The position numbers and the translations under genes were made by a program. From NCBI RefSeq assembly GCF_001194135.2, contig NC_068991.1, forward strand, positions 26,134,710 to 26,198,709: a stretch of DNA of 64,000 nt, given 5' to 3'. This stretch comes from Octopus bimaculoides. Lineage: Eukaryota. Below are positions 40,420-54,022 of the stretch, in pieces (the stretch's first letter is position 1; the number at the start of each line of letters is the position of its first letter). The notes under the pieces were generated by a model. That model saw nothing but the letters and a program-made list of their open reading frames with translations, was not told the DNA's origin and did not search any database.

Positions 40420-43215
40420 AGGTTTAATTTACATTTGGTAACGTTTTCTTGTTGGACATTTCACTAACTTACACGCCCTATGCTGCATATATGGAGATTT
40501 AATCGGGAAACCTATACTAATCTATAGAGAAAGTGTCCTCGATATCTCTGTATTTATGTCATCCCCTAACAGTTCATCTGTTAGTTGTGGTTTAATAATT
40601 GACATGACTCCCATCACTATCACACATAGAGAGGAACAAATAAACATGAAACCCATAGATCCAAATGTTCCGCTCTTTTTTAAAATTCGTATTATTACTT
40701 TTTTTCTCTGCACTGATGCGTATTATGATAAATATATATTGCAAAGTTTGCAGGTTGAGCGTTGACCTCGGTAGGGAGGCCCTGAATTCAGTATGGACCA
40801 TGATAGAGTATAGGATATATTTGCATTTTTGAGATGATGTATGTGGTTGGCGAGTGTTGTAGATTTACTATGTTCATCGTATCTAAAGGAGTGGAGGTGA
40901 GTAGCATATCGTTGTCTAAACTGTTTGGTTGATCCTATGTATATGGCTGTGGAGTTGTGTAATAGATTAAGGTCAGTGCATTTGTAAATTACATATCTTC
41001 TGCAATGGGTTTGTAATGGGCAGGTGGTTCCAGGACGGCAATTACACTTAGTTGAGTTTTGGGGACTGTGCTCAGTAATAGAGGAGGTAGTATCGTCAGA
41101 GGAGAAGTTATAGAAGTGGGTAGAAGATTCTATATTATTAGTATTATTAACGTTATCACTACCAACGTTGCTAATTATTACTATTGTTGCTATTAATTAC
41201 ACTATTAGTAGTGGTGGTAGAGGTTGTATTAATGATCTGGGTAGTGTCAGTATGATGGATTGTGTTGTGGTTGTGGTCTGATATAAGGGTTTCTGTGCTG
41301 GAGCTGGGCATGTGTTGAGTGTTCATATGACTAGAGTTGTAGTGATGTGAGTTTTGATAGTAAAGAGAGGGTTTTTGCTTATTAGAGGCTGCTACAATAG
41401 ATTCGAAGTTAGGTGAGGTAGAATAAAATAGTTTCAGGGTAGATCGATTAAAGATAGAATGATATTTATGTTGTCGAGGGAAGTTAGAGTCTAGTAATTT
41501 AAAGAAGGATTTAGCTAAGTTATTAGTGTTAAGTGAGAATGGGGAGGTGTACCACAGAATAGAGTGTCCGACACTTTTTTTAGGGGGTCTAGAAGTCGTG
41601 TTATCGAAGTTTTTAGGTAAAGGAATGCTATCTATATTTTTGGGGAAGGTATGCGGGTGGCAAGGCCTGCTATTGTTAGCAGTTTTAGTTGTTTTCTTTT
41701 TTAACCTAGTGTTAGATGAATGTGTGTTGTGTCTAGGTTGTCTAGGTGCAAGACCTTCAAGGGTTCCATCGACGAGTGTAAGTTGTTGATTGCGATTGTG
41801 ATGGTTGGTGCGTGTTTGGGATGTGATTTGAGATATGTATTGTTTGAGCCTGGTGTTATGTATGTATTCTATTTGTCTGGAAAATCCGCTTGCGGCGAGT
41901 GCTTGATTATAGTATGGTGCATGATTATAGAAAATTTCTTCAGTAGAAGAGAGGTCAGATATGCGGGTTCAGATGCCCTTGATTATGTTATTGAAGGTGG
42001 ATTTGTGGTGGCTGGAGTGGGTGTTAAGGTATTTAAGGTATTGGTTAGGATTGTGGTAAGGGGAGTATTGTGAGGTTGATAAGTTTAAAATTGCGTCAAG
42101 AATGTTAGCAGTTTTGTGAGTGTTTTCGAATGTGATAGATAGGTTTAGATTAGAGATGAATATATGTAGATCTTTTCTAGTTCTTTCTAAGGAGAATTTA
42201 TTTATGCTTTTAGTAACTAATAAATTGTCGTCCCTGTATAGGTCTCCCTTGATGTTAGGGAAGTTTATATGTAGCTGGTGTAGTATAGATAGTCCAACCA
42301 AGTCATTGATCTGAGCTGAATCAGATGATCCCATGGTTATGTCAAATAGGTTGCTACGGTTATTGTTATGGTTATTGGTCCGGCACCACAGCTTGCCTTC
42401 AAAATAAATAAAGGTCTTGCGGGCATTAAATGTTATGTTAATTTTTAGTGGGGTTAATTTAGTAAAGTTCCTAGCTAGAAGAAGAGCTTGATTAAGGAGT
42501 TTAGGAGAAATAGAAGAGTAGTAATTATTTATGTCGAATTGAATGAAGGAATATATGCTTTTTTTTTTTTTAGAAGGTGGAACCATGTAATAACTTCACC
42601 AGTGTGGGACAATAGATTAACGTTTAATTTGTCCTTGACAATAAGTACTGTTTTGTCGAAGATGTTTCTGCTTACCCTTCCTTGGTCGGATTTGGTGGGG
42701 CATATTAGGCGTATTGAAGGCTTAGTAATAAAGTCCTTCTTGTAACCCTTGAGGTTAAAGTGTGGAGATGCAGGGCAGTATGGTTCGGTTCGGTCATCCA
42801 CTTGTAGTTTCCTCATAAGTTTTCAGTGGTTTGTGTTGATTTCATTTAGGGCAGATGTTGGTGCCAGCCAGCATGATTTGTTGAGCTCTTTCTTTATGAA
42901 TTTATTGTATTTTCCAATGGTAATGGGGTACATATTTCCTGTTTTGTCCGAGACAACATGTAGTTCGGGGGATACAATGATCTGTTTTACGGTGTTTGAA
43001 AGCTATTTATGAAAGGGGGATTTATATTCAGAAAATATAATGTTTCTAATTAAATTAATCATATCCGCTTCAGATTTTTCGCGATAGGGGTTGTGTGGAA
43101 GGTTCTTATAGGATTTGAGGTTGTAGCTGTTGTTATTATTTTCAGTTTTGCATTTTTGATTGTCGTGGAAGAAAACCTTCCACCTCATTCTTCTGATGAG
43201 GTCCTTAGTTTTGTT
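40420..43215 (-). mobile_element. Penelope-like element, near-complete ORF (RT + GIY-YIG), disrupted
   Basis: LIRRMRWKVFF, PSIRLICPTKSDQGRVS, FIQFDINNYYSSI, FDITMGSSDSAQ..DLVGL, LYRDDNLL, CNCRPGTTCPL, STTLANHI..LK, CKLC. Confidence 0.92.
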
Positions 43216-43244
43216 TATATATATAGCTACAAACACATAAATGC

Positions 43245-43440
<196 letters not shown>

Positions 43441-44275
43441 TATTGTGTATTTCAGTGTTAAACATTCAAATTATGAAGGAATATTCGTACTAAAATTTAA
43501 TGGAATGTATATTTGTATAAGTGACGAAAGTGAATAACACACCTGTATAAGTTCATTCAATAAACAATTTATTTAAAAGAGCAACATTTTTGAATACTAC
43601 AATAATGAAAGGAAGCGTTTATCCATTAGACTGGAATAGCAAAGGAAATATTTGCAGATTGCCTAGAACAAAATATCATTTACATTGAACAAATGAGAGA
43701 AACGATGCCATCTGCTCTATTCATGTGAGGAACGACTATTTAACGTAACGGATCACGGTAATTATGCTTGCAACTCACTCCATATTGCGATTTTGCTTGG
43801 AATTCAAATAGCCTGCTTTGAAAATATTTGATATTTAACGAATAGAAATATATGGTGTAATATCCGTAATTCCAGTCGCGAACTTTCAAGACGAGTGATT
43901 AAGGGGCTAAAGGGATGTGCCTCTATCAAATATTGTCTCATTACGAAATTTGCTTGATTAGCATATTTAACTAATGAACATATGCTAAAGGAAATGTACA
44001 CGATTTTCGTGTCAGGATTTCAATTTAAGACATGTGGGGGGGTTGTTGTTAGCGTAAATCGGAAAGAATTGTTGCCAATTATTCTTCTGAAATGACTCAA
44101 TCAATTATAGAGAAAGTCATTATAGAATATATAATGTAGCTGTAATGTAGATATACAAATGCATCACAGTTTCAAACTTATTACTCGAGTAGAAACCAGA
44201 TACAGAGTGTAGGAATTGAGGCGGAGTTGAATAAGGACAGTAGAGGAGAACTTGCTGTGTATTGGTATAGCTTAC

Positions 44276-44438
44276 AGATAGATTCTTAATAATGCTTGCC
44301 ACAATACTGCATAGAGGTCTTTTGCCACCAGAAACTTCATAAGGAGCCGATAAATCGAACGCAAATTGTGTAAAACATCGCGATGTCGGTGACTCTAAGT
44401 GGTTACTCGTATTACTTGAATGTAACAGCACATTCCCC
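44276..44438 (-). CDS. Candidate coding exon of an unknown gene
   Basis: Lies inside the stop-free 131-codon frame 44120-44515. AG at 44440-44439 follows a pyrimidine stretch and the donor is GTAAGC. In frame with the 26-nt exon candidate. No homology recognised. Confidence 0.2.
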
Positions 44439-45345
44439 CTCAAATCACATTGTGTTATCGTAAGAAAAATTGAATAACATGTGGTGTAAAGTAGTCCAAA
44501 ATATAATATAACCAAACATAACTAGATACTTACGAATAAAGCAACGTTAGGCATAAGTCTGATTAGTCATGTCTGATTAGTCAAGTCTGATATGTAGCTG
44601 AAAACGAAACACTGCAAACAAGAAACTATGGAGTAAAAGAAACAAAAGAGCTGAAATATTCGCCAAAATTAATAATAGATTAAATGTTATGAGTTCAAAT
44701 CTCAATTGAGTGGCTCTTCGTTTTCCTCACTTTAGAATTTCTCAGCTACGCAACGGTAACATAGTAGAGGCAGAGGAAGACGATCTAAAAATATCTTAAT
44801 CTGTCGTGTAAAACAAGTGTGTTCTTAGTTAAAGAGTATCCATTTGAACATAACGTTGTTAAATGTCACATCGTATTTTTAATAAGGTTATTATGTCTCT
44901 ATTTCAATTCCACCATAAAATGTCAAATCAAAGTTTGATTTCATTTTTACCGAAGAACCAAGTTGTGCTAAATTGCATTTTTAACCTTTTGGCTTCCATT
45001 GATTTTAACTGCACAACGATTGGGTATATAACTGGAAACACTCTACAGCAGCTGTCCAGCTGGGGAAAATTAATCAATTGAAAACGATCGATATATCCGT
45101 ATTCTGTACATTTGATTTGGGTGTGATTCAACTGGATATGGAGTTCTAAGGCTACTGTCTGTTTTAATATATTGTCAGCTTGGCTTGTTGTGCAACATTC
45201 GCTCTGATGTGTGAGATACTTCTCTCAAGATAACCCAAGATATAGTATACTTGCTATCTACAAAACTATTATTTGAAGGAATTAAGTTTTTACATAGTCG
45301 TTTTGTTTCCACTGAGAAATGTTAAACGAATTACTGTTACCTCAC

Positions 45346-45371
45346 CTTGTGATTGTCATCTCTTGGTCCCA
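45346..45371 (-). CDS. Candidate 26-nt micro-exon (WDQEMTIT)
   Basis: Strong acceptor TTTTTCTCTCTCGCTTGCATGTTTCTATGTAG and donor AAG|GTGAGG. Confidence 0.35.
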
Positions 45372-45474
45372 CTACATAGAAACATGCAAGCGAGAGAGAA
45401 AAACAAGGAAAATCGAATACCCTCTCAGTCCTCCACTGATTCAGTCAGCAGAGAGTGATAAAAGGCTAACTTAC

Positions 45475-45580
45475 CGCCGGTGGCATTTGATCTCAATTAA
45501 TGGAGAGCCGAATAAGATACAGAGAGCTTTTCCGTCTGACCTACTGACCAATCTGACAACTTGATGTTTCGTTTATTTTA
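45475..45580 (-). other. Candidate exon (5' UTR plus ATG CCA CCG GCG)
   Basis: Acceptor TTCTGTTGTACATTTTCAG and donor GCG|GTAAGT. All three frames are closed upstream of an ATG 12 nt before the donor. Confidence 0.35.
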
Positions 45581-47374
45581 CTGAAAATGTACAACAGAAC
45601 GAAATTAATGATAGTCCACTTTTGTAAAAACAAGTACAGAAATTTATAAAATAGATTAAAATATTATGCTTGTGCCTAACTTTCAAGACAGAACAATTTA
45701 TCTGAAGAAGTTACCATGTTTACTTATTTTGATTGGATTAAAACATTTTTTATACATCCTCAGTGAACAACATTTATTCTTCTTTGTAACGCAATTGACG
45801 TTTATTTTCCTGACATCTGTAGTTCTGTATAGGTTTCTCATCTAAACATGACCATCTCTTCATCTTGTGAATTTTTGTGGAGCTTTAGACTCTAACAGCT
45901 TAAACCATTTTTTCTGAAAACTGTGAATGGTATTTCACTTTTTGTTCACTACAGTTGTAGAATTAGCCAGAACTAGATGGATGCAAAAAAAAAAAAAAAT
46001 TGTTCTATTATAACTCTTATGATATTCATTATTAAACACTGTCGCATTATAAACAAGTTCCTCGTTAGCAACAAGCGTGGTCTCCTAATGTTCCGCTATA
46101 AATGTAATTGATTGTTTTTTCTATATAACGCCCCGGGGAATAAAATGATATTTCCTTGAAAACTGAGGAAGCAGAGGAATCCTAAGTGGGTACGTTTATA
46201 TGCAAAATATACTAGCCAAATTTAAGAAAAAATAAAAGTCAACCGACTTCAAGAAAATGAAGGGCATAAACAATGTGAGGAAAATAAGTTCATAAAGTGC
46301 CTTTGATTACAGTTTGTAATATGACTTTTGCTCTTGTGATTTACTATTTCCCACTATTTCTGCTCATGATCAGAGATAATCATATTGTCAGCCACTAAGG
46401 GACATACTCAAGTGGTTAAGGTGATGCGATTTGCAAGCATATCTGTGGTATTGAACAAAATATTTGCAATAACGATATTTCTACTGCAGCAACTTAGCGC
46501 TGAATCTGACTGAAATGTAATGGAAAATAGGTTAGCTTTGAAACAATGATGTCGAGATCACAAAAGCAAAGTTTGAAGGGAATAGTGATCATTTCATCAT
46601 TTACTTGGATTTCTAGATAGAAGCACATAAGAAATAACACTTACTGACCAAAGAAGAAAAAGAATTATAAACATTACAGAACATACGAAATAGGGAGTGT
46701 CTCAAGAACAAAAAGTTCAACAATAGTATCAGTAACAAGTTAACGGAAGAAGAGAACAATACAACATAAAACAAAGAATTATACTACAACATTTTATTAT
46801 TCTCTATCAAACAACTTTGTATGGACTGAGGATTATCTGTAAATATATTGACACAAGGCTCGATTTTTAATAATGTATCTGACATCAGTTTCGTAAGACA
46901 GTTAACAAGTTCAACAAAATAAGTAATAATAAGATTAAGAGAAATCTACTGCAACGCTATATCGTCTGTAGGAAAACAATACCAAAGAGAAGTGAAGAAA
47001 TTAAAAAAAGTTGCAAAAAAGTTTAAAGGTCTTATCTGTTTCGTTGACTCCATTGGTTACAGATAATACTTATAATACCTAGAATTGAAAACAGCCGTTA
47101 TCACACTTTTAAATGTGTGATAGTGGTAATTATAGGCCATATACAGAATATGATATACATTTTTTATAGGTGTTTCATTATATAAAGCCTACGAGTTACC
47201 AACATTTCTCCCATCATATTTAGATACATAACAATAAAGATAATTACAATCGTCGAGGGACGAAAACATATCTATAAAACATTGCTGTTTCAGACGCAAC
47301 ATAATCATTATCACGAAGTTGTGCGTGCGGGTGTGTGGGTATAAGTATATATATAGACATTCATACATAAATAA

Positions 47375-47410
<36 letters not shown>

Positions 47411-48091
47411 NNNNNNNNNNNNNNNNNNNNNNNNNNNNNNNNNNNNNNNNNNNNNNNNNNNNNNNNNNNNNNNNNNNNNNNNNNNNNNNNNNNNNNNNNN
47501 NNNNNNNNNNNNNNNNNNNNNNNNNNNNNNNNNNNNNNNNNNNNNNNNNNNNNNNNNNNNNNNNNNNNNNNNNNNNNNNNNNNNNNNNNNNNNNNNNNNN
47601 NNNNNNNNNNNNNNNNNNNNNNNNNNNNNNNNNNNNNNNNNNNNNNNNNNNNNNNNNNNNNNNNNNNNNNNNNNNNNNNNNNNNNNNNNNNNNNNNNNNN
47701 NNNNNNNNNNNNNNNNNNNNNNNNNNNNNNNNNNNNNNNNNNNNNNNNNNNNNNNNNNNNNNNNNNNNNNNNNNNNNNNNNNNNNNNNNNNNNNNNNNNN
47801 NNNNNNNNNNNNNNNNNNNNNNNNNNNNNNNNNNNNNNNNNNNNNNNNNNNNNNNNNNNNNNNNNNNNNNNNNNNNNNNNNNNNNNNNNNNNNNNNNNNN
47901 NNNNNNNNNNNNNNNNNNNNNNNNNNNNNNNNNNNNNNNNNNNNNNNNNNNNNNNNNNNNNNNNNNNNNNNNNNNNNNNNNNNNNNNNNNNNNNNNNNNN
48001 NNNNNNNNNNNNNNNNNNNNNNNNNNNNNNNNNNNNNNNCATACATAAGTTCTTACATACATACATAGATACTTACATTCATACACATACA

Positions 48092-49200
48092 CAGGCATGC
48101 AGGAAGTAAATAGGAAGTTAATTTTCAAAATGTTTTATTTTATACGCAAAGCGAACAACTGAAATGTAATCGCTAGGTAGGACTACATACTTTGGTATGT
48201 AGTTGACATTCCCTTTGCAGTTCTTAATTCAGAAACTCTTTTTGGCATTGAACTCGGGATCTTTGTGATTATCTCTCGTGGAATTTCTGTCCACAATTCA
48301 CGTAACAATTGAAACAATTCATCTTTAGATTTTCGTATACCTCTATCTAGTATCCTCCAAAGATTTTCAATTAGGTTCATATCAGGAGATTGTCCTTGCT
48401 TAAGTATTTCGATGTATTTTTCAGTGTATAGTTCCAACACATTCGATTATCTCAGAACGACCGTTTTGGTGACAGCTCCACATACCATTACAGAGATACT
48501 GCCATGTTTCACAGTTGGTTGGAGTCGTTTGAAATCAAATTCTTGATTGGGAAGCCTCCAGACCCAAACACGTCCACTGTCTGAAAATAATGCAAATCTG
48601 GATTCATCTGAGAAAATCACTCTGTCCCAAAATGAACTGGATTTTTCTGACATCTCCTTAGCCCATTTCTTTCTTTTCGTGATATTAATTGGTTGAAGGA
48701 GAGTTTTTCTTCTATCTGCTCGTCCATAATATCCAAGCTTATGCAGATATGTAACACCTTTTTTTGACTAACTTCTAGCTGTTTTGCAATGTCAGAAGCC
48801 ATCTAACGGGGTTCGTTTTCCACAATTCTCTTCAAACAACGAAACTTCCATTTCGAAGGCTCAAGTCGGTCGGGACGAGAATCTGTTGATTCTTTTCCTT
48901 GGCTTTTGAATTGTACTATAATTCTATTTACATTAACAAGAGGAATTCGAAAATTTTCGGCAATTTTTCGCTGGCTAAAGCAAGCCTCAGATTGCCCAAC
49001 AATAGGACCTCTTTGAAAATCTGGCAGTTCTGCTGAATTTTTTGCGTGGCATGGTTACTCTTCGCAAATGTTTGATATAATGGCACCTGGAATGAAAAAG
49101 AATAATTACATTGTAAATTCTATACCGCTGAAAATATATTAAGACGCTTAGATCAGAAATTTTGAAAATTAAAGGTGTCTATTTACCTCCTGCATGTCTG
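48092..49200 (-). mobile_element. Tc1-like DNA transposon with both TIRs, internally deleted
   Basis: CAGGCATGCAGGAAGTAAATAG at 48092 matches CAGACATGCAGGAGGTAAATAG read inward from 49200. Motifs [18 protein letters not shown]...VMV and QSPDMNLIENLW. The QDN segment is missing. Confidence 0.92.
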
Positions 49201-49560
49201 TATATATATCCAAATTTAGGGAACTCCTATGTTTCATGGCAAGCAGAACCTCGTGAGTAGTAATTATGAAAACGAGAAGCGATCCGCTACCTACTCGTCA
49301 GCCCAAAGATACTTCAGTCAAATTAAGGTTACATTGTTGTCAAGCAATTCTATGTTAACTCGCAGGAGACTTGACCGAAAATGCGCGGAAGGCACAGCAT
49401 GAGACAACAAAAGGGTAAGCCTGAAAGTTGGTTTGTATAACTTTTACGCACTGCTCAAGTCTTACTAATTTCCGACACGACCTTGAACACTGGATTTTGC
49501 CATTCGATATTAGTATATATATATATAGTACATAATATATATATTATTTTATTCTTTTAT

Positions 49561-49848
49561 TCTTTTACTCCTTTCAGTCATTTGACTGTGGCCATGCTGG
49601 AGCAAGCCTTTAGTCGAGCAAATCGACCCCAGGACTTATTCTTTGTAAGCCTAGTACTTATTCTTTTGTCGAACCGCTAAGTCACGGGGACGTAAACACA
49701 CCAGCATCAGTTGTCAAGCGATGTTGGGGGGACAAACACAGACACATAAGCATACATGTACATACATACATACATACATATACAACGGGCTTCTTTCAGT
49801 TTCTGTCTAACAAATCCAATGACAAGGCTTTGGTCGGCACGAAGCTAT
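49561..49848 (-). mobile_element. tRNA-derived SINE (family A), 5'-truncated
   Basis: Homologous to the other family A copies. The tRNA head is absent. Confidence 0.9.
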
Positions 49849-50399
49849 CGTACGGTGCCCGTTGTTTTTCAGATGTATCATGGTGCCCTGTGAAAATATT
49901 TCACCCCGTTCCAGTTATGAATAGGGTTTTCGCCCATTCCCAAAACATCTTCGAATATACATTTCCAGTCAATTTTTTTTTCACATTATGTCAGCTCAAG
50001 TTTAAATAGAGGACTGGTCGTAGGAGAAAATGAGAAAATGTATTACTTTCCTCTTGGTTTTATGACTCCAGCCATAGTAGTCAACCATGCAAGGCAGTTG
50101 CCACTGTCGTTGGCATTAACAAGAAAACTACGAACAATAACGCCAGCACTTCCAACAAACGACGTCAACAGCAAAAACAAAAGCCCTGACACCATTATGA
50201 TCCGTGCCAACCTCACCAATAAAAGTAACGAAACCAAAAACACCTACAACAATAATAGCAAGAAACCACTAAGAACGATATCAACAATAATATTATAACC
50301 AGAAACATTAGTAACGACAAGGCAAACAACAGTAACAGTTTTTACAAGGACAACTCAGCAACCACAACGATAAGTCATACCCAGAGGAAGGAATAGACA

Positions 50400-52905
50400 T
50401 CCTTCGCAAATATTCCAAATATGTGGACCACCTATTCACTGCAAGGGAAACCGAAAGTTGTTCAAAAATATCATAATTACATTATCCGACCTGGAACTCT
50501 CAGAAGAGGAAATGACATTAGCCGAGCTCGAACTCTCAGAAGAGGAAATGATTTGCACCAAAAAGGGAACAACAACCACTAAGTGCGTCAACCGTACAGA
50601 GTGAAACCCACAATAAACTTCTCTAGTCGAAACTGAAAAATATGTGAAAGAAGTGTGGCCTTCCGTGGTGCATTTCCGTTCCGGAATGTAATACAGGAAT
50701 GTGTTAGCTCGAAGCGGAAGCGCATAGAGTGGCTAAATTGATGATCATTTCGTAAGGCTCCCCTTATACATGGAACACCGTGTGACTAAAGTAAGGTCCT
50801 CAAACATACCTCCTCATAGGAACCAGGCCGGAGTAATGGCCACGCTAGAGGAGCATGTGGGAATAATAAGTATGGAAACAAGCCCTCAACAAAACATAAC
50901 AGGAACGCTAATGGAGTACCAGATTTTGGCTGCTCTGGAAGAGGTTCATGGTATCCCAAATATTTTCTGTTTCAGAGTACTGCAAGAATATCTGGGTGGT
51001 CGTGGAAGGCAGGAAATCGAGATGGAATATCTGTGGCAAGCTGATCCCCTACAAGCTTTCTCTTCCACTATAGATAACTCAAGAAATGTGCCACACCCGT
51101 TGCAATCACAGAGTAAGAAGCATCCGCAACTACAAGGGCAAAAATAGGAGCGCAGTGAGAAAAAAAGCAAACGGAAATCTCACTGACTCCTAGGATAGAG
51201 ACAAAAACATATGAGAGAGAAATCGTCGAGTGACCCCCAAACAAAAAGAGAGGGAGAGGCGTTGCAAATGCTAACGTAACTCCTGAATCCACAACATTTG
51301 TGAGCAACAAGCTGAATAACCCTCAAGATAGTGCGTCTAATCTCGTAAACAAAGTAGCAGGCCAACAATTTTAGCAAACACAACAACTGAAACAACAACA
51401 ATAATAACAAAGACAAGTGATAAACCAATTACAACAATACCAAGAACTGAAACAGCATTGTCAGCGACAAATAGACGCGTGATCAGTAAAAGAAGAAGCT
51501 TAAACAAAAACGACAACAATCATATCAACCCCAAAATACGGATTGGAACAGCTAACAGACAAGCCTCTCAAATACGTATTACTTCGGAATGAGAACAAGG
51601 AATTAGTGGTTTGCAGGCAAATTTTGATAACTGACGAGTGTCGTGATCTTCTCACCGTTTCCAAAACACCAGAAAGAAGGATTCTGGTAAGAACAACTCA
51701 CACGATGTTTCGTATTTTGAGGAAAAGTTTCCCGCATGATAAATCTTATAAGACAACGACCGAACAGTAGATATTTTACTATGCTGTGCCTCCACTCTCA
51801 GGGCCAAACCAACGGCTTTTAAACATTCATGTTTCAGCTCATACTCTCAGCTGGTCTGAAAATCTATCTACTGTCAGTACTCACTCCATAGAGATCCTCG
51901 GAAGCCGTCCTTGATAATGAGTCGCTACGATGGTGTGAACGACTGTGACGAATACAAGGGTGAACTGGTGTGGTCGTCCTTTGAGCAACACGTCTTTGTG
52001 CGGTTAATCTCATTGACCGAGTTGCACTCATGGGTCAAACATTGGACAACATTGGGTTGTTGTCGTCTAGGATGTTGCCATGTGCTCACTTTATTGTACT
52101 AGCTGGAAAAAACTATTAGCGTTAAAACAACCCAAGATTTCTATGGGAGACTTTTTGAGGGTATGAGCGACGATGTCCTAGGACTGACTTAGGATATAAA
52201 GGGACTTTTGAATGGAAGACCGTGGACAACTTTCCAAAGTATTTTGGCATGACAGTGCTACAGAGGAACATTGCCTGTTTGAAATAAACTCTTCATGCGT
52301 GAAAGCCCTAATAACCACTCCAGATGCATGCAGGGATATGAAACCGCCACATTTACAATCGTTTAGTGTTTGTGCATTACTCATGTGGGTTTGTGTTCAG
52401 CACCTGTTGTCTTGTATAAGACGTACCCAGTTGTTCGTTGAGTGGCTGTAACAAAAGAGATTGTGTAGTGGACCCATCTGAAAGGTTTAAAGATAGGAAT
52501 TTTCTTGTGTGAGCAAGCTCTCATAAATTTCTTCAAATGTCATTTGAAGAGGAAGGTATGGAGAGAAGTGTAGCCTTCTAATGTGTTTATCAAAATGCGG
52601 ATGAGAGTAGCAAGACTGGTGAGGATGAATGGATCTACTCTGAGTATGCTTATCCAAGAAACTGGAAAGTGGAAATTCCTATGCCTTGGGGAGGGCAGAG
52701 TGTAGAGTTTACCGGAGTTACTCTAACTGTCCCGCTTTGGGAATTCTACTTAAAAATTATTTATTTTTCTAATTTCTATTTATATATCCTTTGTTATATC
52801 CTTGTAGTGATAATTCGACACCCCATCTGTTTTGTGTGTTGTATCGCGTCTTTTGATTGTTTGTCCTCCGTGTGGTGTGCCCTTGTAGCCAATAAAAGAA
52901 ATCAC
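50400..52905 (+). mobile_element. Degenerate LINE remnant (ORF1 zinc-knuckle-like + AP-endonuclease-like), I/Jockey-type, tentative
   Basis: IFCFRVLQ (CFRC knuckle-like), DLLTVSKT (DIL.ISET-like) and a 3' end with AATAAA at ~52891. No RT motifs seen. Confidence 0.45.
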
Positions 52906-52964
52906 CTTTTTTCTCTGCTCTCAATACTCTCATGTTCCTAACTGACACGAACAAGGTTTATTTA

Positions 52965-53260
52965 CTTTGGGCTAGGTATCTCATTAAGCTGTCGACTTCG
53001 ATACGTACACAGTCTTCCACACTTATCAGTCCTCTTCCTCCAGATGCTCTCTTTATGCATAGGTGATCAGTGTCTGCACAATGATGATGGCTCCGTGCAT
53101 CGTTAGATTTTTTGAATACCTGTCCGTATATTTTAGCTACTTGTCTGTCCGCTTCAGGATTCTAGCGTCATACCGAACTACTCTGACTGCGCGTGAGTTA
53201 ATGCCGAAATTGTTTCTGGCATTCAACTTTGAAGCCATTATTTTTCTCACTCATCGCAGG
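52965..53260 (-). mobile_element. R4/Dong-clade LINE fragment
   Basis: SKLNARN..GINSRAVRVVRY and DHLCIKRASGGRGLISVEDCVRIE on the minus strand. Confidence 0.85.
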
Positions 53261-53263
53261 TAC

Positions 53264-53277
53264 TATTATTATTATTA

Positions 53278-53357
<80 letters not shown>

Positions 53358-53839
53358 NNNNNNNNNNNNNNNNNNNNNNNNNNNNNNNNNNNNNNNNNNN
53401 NNNNNNNNNNNNNNNNNNNNNNNNNNNNNNNNNNNNNNNNNNNNNNNNNNNNNNNNNNNNNNNNNNNNNNNNNNNNNNNNNNNNNNNNNNNNNNNNNNNN
53501 NNNNNNNNNNNNNNNNNNNNNNNNNNNNNNNNNNNNNNNNNNNNNNNNNNNNNNNNNNNNNNNNNNNNNNNNNNNNNNNNNNNNNNNNNNNNNNNNNNNN
53601 NNNNNNNNNNNNNNNNNNNNNNNNNNNNNNNNNNNNNNNNNNNNNNNNNNNNNNNNNNNNNNNNNNNNNNNNNNNNNNNNNNNNNNNNNNNNNNNNNNNN
53701 NNNNNNNNNNNNNNNNNNNNNNNNNNNNNNNNNNNNNNNNNNNNNNNNNNNNNNNNNNNNNNNNNNNNNNNNNNNNNNNNNNNNNNNNNNNNNNNNNNNN
53801 NNNNNNNNNNNNNNNNNNNNNNNNNNNNNNNNNNNNNNN

Positions 53840-53905
<66 letters not shown>

Positions 53906-53921
53906 TATTATTATTATTATT
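53264..53921. repeat. (TAT)n - gap - (AAT)n microsatellite
   Basis: Direct reading. The repeat orientation flips across the gap. Confidence 0.95.
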
Positions 53922-53968
53922 AAATATTTAATAGTAGATATACTATTGTAACTTATTGAAATGCTTTC

Positions 53969-54022
53969 CACAAATATCTGAATGAAACACAAATATCTGA
54001 ATGAAACACAAATATCTGAATG
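53969..54022. repeat. 19-bp tandem repeat (CACAAATATCTGAATGAAA, about 2.8 copies)
   Basis: Direct reading. Confidence 0.95.

Noticed and set aside
44560-44595. Short tandem repeat GTCTGATTAGTCA x2.5 (and similar small duplications near 9865, 19785 and 60265) as CRISPR-like or regulatory arrays
   Set aside because: These are ordinary slippage duplications without spacers in a eukaryotic context.
46374-46420. Ankyrin-like peptide SATKGHTQVVK between AG and GT on the plus strand
   Set aside because: It lacks the TPLH-type core, has no neighbouring ankyrin exons, and is short enough to arise by chance.
53264-53921. Strand inversion of the TAA microsatellite across the gap as a giant palindrome
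   Set aside because: The centre is unsequenced, so scaffolding error cannot be excluded.
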